This document shows, in pieces, positions 56,710-64,000 of a stretch of 64,000 nucleotides of DNA (position 1 is the first letter of the stretch; each line of letters begins with the position of its first letter). Both the position numbers and the translations under genes were made by a program. The notes beneath the pieces were generated by a model. The model made no database searches. It had not been told where the DNA came from and saw nothing but the letters and a program-made list of their open reading frames with translations. The stretch comes from an uncultured Oscillospiraceae bacterium (GTDB lineage Bacteria; Bacillota; Clostridia; Oscillospirales; Ruminococcaceae): assembly GCA_934526065.1 (NCBI GenBank), contig CAKSZX010000001.1, forward strand, positions 269,594 to 333,593. The letters run 5' to 3'.

Positions 56710-58578
56710 ATGTCCGATTATTTTCATAAAATTATGTCTAAATATCGTCGTGTGATATTGTTTTTGACAGACTTTGTCATTGTGTGCAGCGCATATCTTT
56801 TTACATGGGTGCTTATAAGCGGCCGTGCCGATATGAACGATTATTACAGCCTTATGATTTCAAGCTGTTTTTTGTTTGTATCATGCTATGTTATAGTTTA
56901 TTTTGCCTCGGGTATGTACAGCAGTCTTTGGCGCTATGCGGAAATTGTGGAATTTTTCCGCTGCGCCTGGTCAAGCCTAATGGCGGTTGCCGCCTTTTTG
57001 GTTATTTCCCTGGTGATATATAAGGAGCGCCGTATTCCTATTTCGGTTTATGCTCTGTCGGCGGCCTTTGCCTCATCACTTACAATTTACACCCGTTTAA
57101 CCTACCGTATGTATCGCAATACAAAGATACAGAAAATGGGTAAAAAGCGCCGCCGTGTTTTACTTGTGGGTGCAGGGGACGCAGCGTCTACTCTTATCCA
57201 TGAGATAAATAAAAATGCGGAAAAAGAAATGAGCATTATCCGGGCTGTTGACGATGATAAAAACAAGCAGGGGCGCAGTATTATGGGCGTTGATATTTTG
57301 GGTACTACCGATGATATACCAAGCCTTGCAAAACGGTGCCAGGTGGATACAATTCTTATTGCCATACCAACTCTTACTCCGGAAAACAGAAAGAGGATTA
57401 TGGACATCTGCGTGTCCACTTCTTGCAGAATACAAACCTTGCCGGACATAGTAAAACTGATTGCCGACGGACGGGATTTAACCAGCCGTATCACCGATAT
57501 TAAGGTTGAAGATTTACTGGGCAGAGAGCCGGTTGTATTGCCGGACGAAGCAGAAAAACTTGTCAAAGATAAAGTTGTGTTTGTAACCGGCGGCGGCGGT
57601 TCAATAGGCAGCGAGTTGTGCCGCCAAATTGCCGCCATAGGCCCTAAAAAGCTTGTTATAATAGATATCTACGAAAACTGTGCTTACAGTGTACAGCAGG
57701 AATTAAAACGCAAATACGGCACATCTCTTGACATGGAAGTGTGTATTGCGTCTGTGAGAGATTCCAAGAAAATGGATATACTTTTTGACGAATATCGCCC
57801 CAATGTTGTTTTCCATGCGGCGGCACACAAACATGTTCCCCTTATGGAGGACGCCCCGGAGGAGGCAGTAAAAAACAATGTTTTCGGCACCTATAACTGT
57901 GCCCTTTGCGCAGAAAAATACGGCGTTGAAAAATTTGTGCTCATATCCACCGATAAGGCGGTAAACCCAACCAGCGTAATGGGTACAACAAAGCGCATTT
58001 GCGAAATGATAGTGCAAAACATTGGTCAAAATTCCGCCGGAAACACAATTTTTGTTGCGGTGCGTTTCGGCAATGTTTTGGGTTCAAACGGTTCGGTTTT
58101 GCCGCTGTTTAAAGAACAACTTGCAGAGGGCGGACCTCTTACCGTAACCCACCCGGATATAGTCAGATATTTTATGACTATACCTGAGGCCGTAAGCCTT
58201 GTTTTGGAGGCCGGTTCAATGGGAGAAAAAAGCGGTGAAATCTATGTTTTGGATATGGGCAACCCGGTTAAAATTTTAACCCTTGCGGAAAATCTTATAA
58301 AAATGTCCGGCTTTGTGCCTTATAAAGATATAGATATTGTATTTACAGGTTTGCGCCCCGGCGAAAAACTGTACGAGGAACTTTTGCAGGATGAGGAAAG
58401 CGTAAGAGAGACAAGTAACAAAAAAATCTTTATCGGTTCACCGTTGAAAATGGATGCAGACAGATTTTTTACGGATTTGTTGGAACTTAAATCCGCCGCT
58501 TACGAAAATGACCAAAATAAGGTAATGCACAAATTGAAAGAACTTGTGCCTACATTTAAACATGAAATAAAAGAATAG
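56710..58578 (+). CDS. Membrane-anchored polysaccharide-biosynthesis NDP-sugar 4,6-dehydratase/epimerase (CapD/PglF/WbpM family)
   Basis: N-terminal 4 TM helices; two Rossmann regions (VLLVGAGDAAS; VFVTGGGGSIGSEL); SDR catalytic YxxxK-type region. Confidence 0.8.
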   Translation: MSDYFHKIMSKYRRVILFLTDFVIVCSAYLFTWVLISGRADMNDYYSLMISSCFLFVSCYVIVYFASGMYSSLWRYAEIVEFFRCAWSSLMAVAAFLVISLVIYKERRIPISVYALSAAFASSLTIYTRLTYRMYRNTKIQKMGKKRRRVLLVGAGDAASTLIHEINKNAEKEMSIIRAVDDDKNKQGRSIMGVDILGTTDDIPSLAKRCQVDTILIAIPTLTPENRKRIMDICVSTSCRIQTLPDIVKLIADGRDLTSRITDIKVEDLLGREPVVLPDEAEKLVKDKVVFVTGGGGSIGSELCRQIAAIGPKKLVIIDIYENCAYSVQQELKRKYGTSLDMEVCIASVRDSKKMDILFDEYRPNVVFHAAAHKHVPLMEDAPEEAVKNNVFGTYNCALCAEKYGVEKFVLISTDKAVNPTSVMGTTKRICEMIVQNIGQNSAGNTIFVAVRFGNVLGSNGSVLPLFKEQLAEGGPLTVTHPDIVRYFMTIPEAVSLVLEAGSMGEKSGEIYVLDMGNPVKILTLAENLIKMSGFVPYKDIDIVFTGLRPGEKLYEELLQDEESVRETSNKKIFIGSPLKMDADRFFTDLLELKSAAYENDQNKVMHKLKELVPTFKHEIKE

Positions 58579-58589
58579 AGATTAGATTT

Positions 58590-59177
58590 ATGTACGAAAA
58601 ATATGTCAAAAGAATAATTGATATTGTTTTGTCCTTTGTGGGACTTGTTTTGCTGTCCCCGTTACTTTTGATTATCGCTTTGCTTATAAAGCTGGACTCT
58701 AAAGGCCCGGTGCTGTTTAAACAAAAAAGGGTGGCAAAAGGTAAAGCATATTTTTCTATTTTAAAATTCAGAACCATGTATGCGGATGTGCCGAAAGATG
58801 TACCCACTCACCTTTTGGCAAACCCGGACAGCAAGATTACAAAAGTCGGCAGGTTTTTAAGAAAATCCAGTCTTGACGAACTGCCACAGATTTGGAATAT
58901 TCTTGTAGGCGAAATGAGTATAATAGGCCCCAGGCCGGCGCTATGGAACCAATATGACCTTATAGCCGAGCGTGACAAATACGGCGCAAATGATATCAGA
59001 CCCGGACTTACGGGCCTTGCACAGGTTATGGGCAGGGATGAGCTGCCTATACCGATAAAAGCCGAGTATGACGGCAAATACGCCCGGCATATTACATTTT
59101 GGGGCGATATAAAAATATTTTTCAAAACAATAGGTAATGTAATCTCGGCCGATGGCGTTAAAGAGGGTAAACAGTAA
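58590..59177 (+). CDS. Bacterial sugar transferase (undecaprenyl-phosphate sugar phosphotransferase, PglC/WbaP C-terminal-domain family)
   Basis: 195 aa; single N-terminal re-entrant helix; SIIGPRP and DELPQ motifs. Confidence 0.8.
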   Translation: MYEKYVKRIIDIVLSFVGLVLLSPLLLIIALLIKLDSKGPVLFKQKRVAKGKAYFSILKFRTMYADVPKDVPTHLLANPDSKITKVGRFLRKSSLDELPQIWNILVGEMSIIGPRPALWNQYDLIAERDKYGANDIRPGLTGLAQVMGRDELPIPIKAEYDGKYARHITFWGDIKIFFKTIGNVISADGVKEGKQ

Positions 59178-59240
59178 AAAACACCTGCAAAATTCTTTGA
59201 ATTGAATTTTGCAGGTGCTTTTAATTATGCCTTATAATAC

Positions 59241-59348
59241 TTAGTTTTTAGCGCTTGAAGTCTTTTTGTTTTCTGTTGAAGTCTTCTTGTTTTCGTTAGG
59301 GCTCTTTTTGTTTTCGGTAGAAGATTTTTTGTTTGATTCCTTTGTCAT
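59241..59348 (-). CDS. Candidate 35-aa lysine-rich repeat peptide (MTKESNKKSSTENKKSPNENKKTSTENKKTSSAKN)
   Basis: Read from the minus strand: AGGAAGTGA RBS 7 nt before the ATG; three (T/P)xENKK repeats; bidirectional hairpin terminator (CACCTGCAAAATTC...GAATTTTGCAGGTG) downstream. Confidence 0.3.
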   Translation of the reverse strand: MTKESNKKSSTENKKSPNENKKTSTENKKTSSAKN

Positions 59349-59543
59349 GGGTATCACTTCCTTTCACAGTTATAGTATAAACAGACCGGAAAATTTTATT
59401 CATTGGGCAAAAATTTCCATTTTTGTGCTAAATATCACGGTTTTAACTTTAACCGCACTTGAAAATATCTTTTCTGTATGGTAAAATAATTCAGTTAAGT
59501 ATATTTTAATTTAATCTTATATATAATAATTTAGGAGTATATT

Positions 59544-60293
59544 ATGTCAGGACATTCAAAGTGGAGCACAATTAAGAGAAAAAAAGGCGCAAACGACGCC
59601 GCAAGAGCTAAGGTATTCACAAAACTTTCAAGAGAGATTGCCGTTGCGGTTAAAGAGGGTGGCACAGACCCTAACAACAACAGCAAATTGAGAGACTTGC
59701 TTGCAAAGGGCAGAGCCGCAAATGTGCCGCAGGATAACTTGTTGAGAGCCATTAAAAAGGCCGGCGACGATGATAAAACAAACTACGAGGCAAATGTTTA
59801 TGAAGGTTACGGCAACGGCGGTATTGCTGTTATTGTTGAAACATTGACAGACAACAAAAACCGTACAGCGTCAAATATGCGTCACTACTTCGATAAATTC
59901 GGCGGTAATTTAGGTGCCAGCGGCTGTGTTTCATATATGTTTGAAGAAAAGGGTCTTATTGTAATTGACAAGGACGAATACGAAGAATACGACGAAGAAA
60001 AGGTTTTGAACGATTGTTTGGAAGCCGGCGCAGACGATGTTTCCTTTGAAGACGATGTAATCGAGGTTACAACTGCCACAGCTAATGTTGGTGAAGTTGC
60101 CGACGAACTTGAAAAAATGGGCTACAAAATGAGCCAGCGTGAACCTGCAATGATTCCGAACAACTACACAAGAATTGAAGACGAAGAAACTCTCAGAAAG
60201 CTTGCTCTTCTTTTTGACCACCTTGAAGAGGATGATGATGTTCAGAATGTTTGGAACAACCTTGAAAATGAAGAGGATCTCCCTGAACTTTAA
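59544..60293 (+). CDS. YebC/PmpR-family probable transcriptional regulatory protein
   Basis: MSGHSKWSTIKRKKGANDAARAKVFTKLSREI is the canonical YebC N-terminus. Confidence 0.85.
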   Translation: MSGHSKWSTIKRKKGANDAARAKVFTKLSREIAVAVKEGGTDPNNNSKLRDLLAKGRAANVPQDNLLRAIKKAGDDDKTNYEANVYEGYGNGGIAVIVETLTDNKNRTASNMRHYFDKFGGNLGASGCVSYMFEEKGLIVIDKDEYEEYDEEKVLNDCLEAGADDVSFEDDVIEVTTATANVGEVADELEKMGYKMSQREPAMIPNNYTRIEDEETLRKLALLFDHLEEDDDVQNVWNNLENEEDLPEL

Positions 60294-60371
60294 TAAGTTT
60301 ATAAAGTAATACGGATCATAACGGGCTTTGCGATTTAACCTTTGCAAAGCCCTTTTAAAAGAGGTATTGTT

Positions 60372-62078
60372 ATGACGGAAAAAAATTGTATTTTCTGCGG
60401 CGGCCCTGTTCGTGATGGGCAGGATTGCCCTTGGTGCGGTTTCCACCAGTCGGGAAGCCATGTTCGGGGTACACTGCCTTACGGAGCTAAGCTCAACAAC
60501 TATGTTATAGCGGATGTTGTTGATATGGACGGCGTAAGCACTTCATATTTGGCTTATGATAAAACCCTGCAACGCCGAGTAATTATAAAAGAGTATCTGC
60601 CTGTTTCTATGGTAGGCCCCAGAAACGGCGATAATGTTGAGGTTCAGCCGGACAAAGAGGTTTTATTCAAAAACCTGATGTTGGATTTCAGGGATTTGTA
60701 TATTTCTTTGGCTAAGATCGAAAGCCCGGCAATTCAGAAAATTTACGATATTTTTAACGCCAACGGCACGGTTTATGCCGTTCTTGAAAATGTAAAAGGG
60801 GAAAGCCTTAAAAAGACTATGCTCAAAAGGGCAAGACCATATACATTTAAAGAGGCAAGATGGTTGTTCCGGGATATTTTTCGGCTTTTGGGCAAATTGC
60901 GTGAAAATAACCTTGCCCACGGCGGTATAAGCGACGACACTGTTATCATTACACCGGACGGCAACGCAGTTTTAACGGATTTTGCCATTCGGGATTTAAG
61001 GGTTAAAAACGACCATGTAATGTACAAGTTGTATGACGGTTTTTCTGCCCCGGAACAGTATAATGTTGAACAATTTTCCGGCTTTTACACGGATATTTAT
61101 TCCGTTGCCGCACTGTTTTACTATGTTGTAACCGGCAAAAATCTCACACCGAATTCATTTGACGGCCGTGTTCCGGAATTGCCTAAGTGCGCCATAAACG
61201 CAATTAAATTTGCCACTAAACCCAACCCGGAGGACAGAATAGACAATATCGAAGATTTTGTCCTTATTTTGGACGACAAAGCGGTTGCAGAATCTGCAAA
61301 TGAACCTAAAAAAGAAAATCCATTGGCAAATTTGGCGGCAAAATTACCTTCCGGTTTTGACAAAAAATATGTGCCGTACATTATGGTTGCGGCAGTTATA
61401 CTTATATTTGCAATAGCCATACTTGGGCTTGCAGGTAAAAGCGGCGGACAAAGTTCTTATTCCGGGGACTCATCTTCATATATTATAGATGATGAAAAGT
61501 TGAGAGTGCCTGATTTCAAAGGTATGACATACAAGCAAATAAGTGAAAATCAGGAGTATAACGATAACTTCCTTTTCTATGTTTCTTATGAATACAACGC
61601 AGATATTCAAGAGGGCTATGTTATATCTTACGAGCCTCAAAAAGATATGGTTGTTGAAAAGGGAACAACAATTTACCTTGTTATAAGCAAGGGCGACAAG
61701 TATGCGGTTGTTCCGGACGGCCTTGTCGGCATGGACATAAGCGATGTTAAAAAGATTTTAGACGAACAGGGAATAAAATATAAGGTAACCGAAAAGCCGC
61801 AAACAAAAGAATATTCTTACGGCAAGGTTATCGGCACGGATATTTCATCCGGCACAAGGATAAGCACTCTTAAAGACACATTGGTGATTTATGTTGCGGA
61901 TAACACACCTGTGGCAACCCCAACTCCGACACCGACACCTACTCCAACACCCACACCAACGCCTACACCAACTCCGACACCAACACCGACACCTACTCCC
62001 ACACCTACACCCCCACCGGATTCATCATCCGAAGTTGTTGACGGCAGCAGTGAAGAGCCGACTGAAAAAACAGATTAA
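60372..62078 (+). CDS. Membrane protein with N-terminal zinc ribbon, degenerate Ser/Thr-kinase-like (pseudokinase) domain, TM helix, two PASTA domains and a C-terminal (TP)n tract
   Basis: CIFCGG...CPWCG; kinase-like VIIKEY Lys motif but HRD to HGG, DFG to DFA, and no GxGxxG loop; TM at VPYIMVAAVILIFAIAILGLAG; PASTA-like repeats; PTPTPT... tail. Confidence 0.55.
   Translation: MTEKNCIFCGGPVRDGQDCPWCGFHQSGSHVRGTLPYGAKLNNYVIADVVDMDGVSTSYLAYDKTLQRRVIIKEYLPVSMVGPRNGDNVEVQPDKEVLFKNLMLDFRDLYISLAKIESPAIQKIYDIFNANGTVYAVLENVKGESLKKTMLKRARPYTFKEARWLFRDIFRLLGKLRENNLAHGGISDDTVIITPDGNAVLTDFAIRDLRVKNDHVMYKLYDGFSAPEQYNVEQFSGFYTDIYSVAALFYYVVTGKNLTPNSFDGRVPELPKCAINAIKFATKPNPEDRIDNIEDFVLILDDKAVAESANEPKKENPLANLAAKLPSGFDKKYVPYIMVAAVILIFAIAILGLAGKSGGQSSYSGDSSSYIIDDEKLRVPDFKGMTYKQISENQEYNDNFLFYVSYEYNADIQEGYVISYEPQKDMVVEKGTTIYLVISKGDKYAVVPDGLVGMDISDVKKILDEQGIKYKVTEKPQTKEYSYGKVIGTDISSGTRISTLKDTLVIYVADNTPVATPTPTPTPTPTPTPTPTPTPTPTPTPTPTPTPPPDSSSEVVDGSSEEPTEKTD
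61912..62008 (+). repeat. Imperfect (ACNCCN)n microsatellite-like tract encoding (TP)n
   Basis: About 16 tandem ACx-CCx units inside the pseudokinase CDS. Confidence 0.6.
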
Positions 62079-62208
62079 ACAAATAGCAAAACAGACCTAA
62101 GCTCGGTTTATCGGCTTAGGTCTGTATTTTTGTAAAAGAAGTTTGCTTTTAATTTAATATGTAAAAATAAAAGGCGGAAAAATCCGCCTTTTTGAACATC
62201 TAATTATA

Positions 62209-62466
62209 TTAGTTGTTTGTGTAAGGGAGCAAAGCAACATATCTTGCTCTCTTGATAGCTGTTGTCAAATGTCTCTGGTGATAAGCACATGTACCTGTTA
62301 CTCTTCTTGGCACAATCTTGCCTCTTTCAGTAACGTACTTTCTGAGCTTTGCAACATCTTTGTAATCAATGTATTCTGCCTTTTCGGCACAGAAAGCGCA
62401 AACCTTTTTGCGGTTAGGTCTTCTTGCAGGGTGTCCGCCCTTGAATTCTCTATCGTTTCTTTCCAT
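62209..62466 (-). CDS. rpsR: 30S ribosomal protein S18
   Basis: 85 aa; ...[19 protein letters not shown]..., the typical S18 sequence. Confidence 0.9.
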   Translation of the reverse strand: MERNDREFKGGHPARRPNRKKVCAFCAEKAEYIDYKDVAKLRKYVTERGKIVPRRVTGTCAYHQRHLTTAIKRARYVALLPYTNN

Positions 62467-62494
62467 GGTTGGAATTTTCTCCTTTACTTAAATT

Positions 62495-62971
62495 TTAAAA
62501 CGGTAAATCTCCGTCATCTGTTGATACTACCGAAAAACCGTCTAAATCCCCTGTTGAAAAGGAATTTGCAGACATTCTGTTTTCGGTCGCTCTCGGAGCA
62601 GGCTGTGTGTAACCTTGACTTGTGCCCATGCCCCGTGAGGCGCTGTTTCTGCTTTCTACAAAATAAACATTGTTAGCCACAACTTCAAAAGATGAAAGTT
62701 TTTTGCCGGTATCTCTGTCGGTGTACCGGTTTACCTGAATTGCACCGCTGAGACCGATCATATTACCTTTTACAAAATATCTCTGGACAAATTCACCGGT
62801 TGTACGCCACGCCACACATCTGATGAGGTCTGACGGATAAAAACCGTTTTCATCCTTTTTTGCGTTAGGTCTCTGAACCGAAATTACAAAAGAACAAACG
62901 CTTGTACCCTGTGGGGTCTGACGAAGTTCCGGGTCGGCGATAAGTCTGCCGACTAAACAAACAACATTCAT
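62495..62971 (-). CDS. ssb: Single-stranded DNA-binding protein
   Basis: MNVVCLVGRLIADPELRQTPQGTSVCSFVISVQR OB-fold N-terminus; C-terminal acidic tail DDGDLPF. Confidence 0.9.
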   Translation of the reverse strand: MNVVCLVGRLIADPELRQTPQGTSVCSFVISVQRPNAKKDENGFYPSDLIRCVAWRTTGEFVQRYFVKGNMIGLSGAIQVNRYTDRDTGKKLSSFEVVANNVYFVESRNSASRGMGTSQGYTQPAPRATENRMSANSFSTGDLDGFSVVSTDDGDLPF

Positions 62972-62989
62972 TTTCGTATTCCTTTCAAA

Positions 62990-63268
62990 TTAAAGAGCAA
63001 TGATCATTGAGCGCAAAACGCCGTCTGTAATTTTACTTACACGGTCAAGCTCTGCAGGGAAAGCAGCTTCACTTTCAAAAGTGAACAAAACATAGTAGCC
63101 TTCAGCTTCTTTGTTGATAAGGTAAGCAAGCTTTCTCTTGCCCCATTCGTCAACTGAAGTCAATGTGCCGTTTTCTGAAATAAGTGTTGAAAACTTTTCA
63201 ACGGTAGCTTTGATGGACTCTTCATCCTGCTTTGTGCTGATAACAAATATAGCTTCGTATTTCTGCAT
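62990..63268 (-). CDS. rpsF: 30S ribosomal protein S6
   Basis: MQKYEAIFVI... is a typical S6 N-terminus; rpsF-ssb-rpsR synteny. Confidence 0.9.
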   Translation of the reverse strand: MQKYEAIFVISTKQDEESIKATVEKFSTLISENGTLTSVDEWGKRKLAYLINKEAEGYYVLFTFESEAAFPAELDRVSKITDGVLRSMIIAL

Positions 63269-63441
63269 TAGTATTTACCTCCTTATGGACTTTTCGGCCA
63301 TGCCACTTTGACATGGCAAAGAGCGCTATTTTTAAATAGCAATTTATTATACCAAACCCGGTAAAATAAGTCAAGTATTTTAAAGGCCGTTTTTAAAAAA
63401 TAAGGCCGCTTTCGGCGACCTTTTTATTATTTTATATTAAG

Positions 63442-63987
63442 TTAGAAAAGCAAAAATACATAGAAAATATAAATTATCGCATACCGGCAAATAATGGCAA
63501 TGCCCACCTTGCTTGGGCCGGATTGTTTTATTATTTTTTCGTGGTATTCGTTTTCGTCACGGCTTGTGGCTTTTAATTTATTTAAATCCTTTATAACATT
63601 TTTTCTGTAAAGAACATTAGCCTTAAAGCCGATATAAATATTTATCATTATTTCTAAGACGGAAAACAACAGAGCAACCGTTTCAATACCCTTGAAATAC
63701 AGCGGGGAAGTGGCAGGCAAAGCCCCTATCTGAACTGCGGAAACTATAAGGTTCGGCATACCGAGGAAACCGTTAATCAATGCCGTTATAATAGCCCACT
63801 TACCCATTTTGCGGAATATAAACCACAGCGGCCGAAATAAAAACGCTGTGCCGTTAAAAGGTTTGTATTTAGGGTTGCTGTCCATTTTTTTGAATTTATA
63901 GATATAGTATCCGGCGTTGAAACCGATATATGCGGCGATGTCTTTTACCGGAACACCGTCAATTTCACCAGCCAACCGACGCTCCAC
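63442..63987 (-). CDS. Hypothetical membrane protein (DUF2628-like)
   Basis: 181 aa, 3-4 TM helices. The window ends 13 nt beyond the listed start. Confidence 0.4.
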   Translation of the reverse strand: MERRLAGEIDGVPVKDIAAYIGFNAGYYIYKFKKMDSNPKYKPFNGTAFLFRPLWFIFRKMGKWAIITALINGFLGMPNLIVSAVQIGALPATSPLYFKGIETVALLFSVLEIMINIYIGFKANVLYRKNVIKDLNKLKATSRDENEYHEKIIKQSGPSKVGIAIICRYAIIYIFYVFLLF

Positions 63988-64000
63988 CTGAGCCTTGTAA

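Noticed and set aside
61912-62008. Short-period nucleotide repeat (ACNCCN)n that could be mistaken for a CRISPR array or VNTR
   Set aside because: It is in-frame inside a long ORF and encodes a (Thr-Pro)n linker. The period is 6 nt, not 28-37 nt repeats with unique spacers.

Overview
This 64 kb window looks like a low/medium-GC Firmicutes chromosome, probably a spore-forming anaerobic Clostridia member; sporulation genes spoIVA, a SpoVID-like gene, spoIID and spoVE/SpoVD-type genes are present. It is mostly collinear housekeeping. Recognisable blocks are trmD-ptsH-uvrC-rsmD-coaD, a dcw cell-division cluster (mraZ-rsmH-ftsL-PBP-murE-murF-mraY-ftsW-murG-ftsQ-ftsZ-DivIVA-like), pflBA, nrdG, rubrerythrin/ferredoxin, two tandem nucleoside hydrolases with rmuC, and rpsF-ssb-rpsR. 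There are two tandemly duplicated tRNA genes (2x tRNA-Leu-GAG, 2x tRNA-Gln-CTG), each copy with its own promoter and hairpin. No CRISPR array or obvious transposon was seen.

The most unusual locus is a divergent four-gene corrinoid methyltransferase cluster at 15.0-20.1 kb. It pairs a CmuA-like fusion (URO-D/MtaA-type methyltransferase plus cobalamin-binding domain) with a stand-alone MetH-type homocysteine-binding domain protein, a RACo-type corrinoid reductive activase and a DUF2284 metal-binding protein. I could not find a pterin/THF-binding module. I read this as a candidate THF-independent, corrinoid-dependent homocysteine/thiol methylation system.

Secondary points of interest, in the order reported below, are: a macrodomain plus SirTM-class sirtuin pair (no GcvH-L/LplA2) sharing a 17-mer promoter element with the lipoprotein gene next to an HxlR regulator; an XRE-regulated AT-rich islet with paired palindromic operators and a split lipoprotein gene; a J-domain protein whose HPD motif is NPD; a zinc-ribbon/PASTA pseudokinase with a (TP)n tract; the tandem tRNA duplications; the gaps in the dcw cluster; an nrdG-dUTPase-like pair without nrdD; two small unannotated ORFs; a SpoVID-like gene coupled to spoIVA; a Rex-like box in the pflB/amidohydrolase divergent region; and a GT2/GT-C glycosylation pair.
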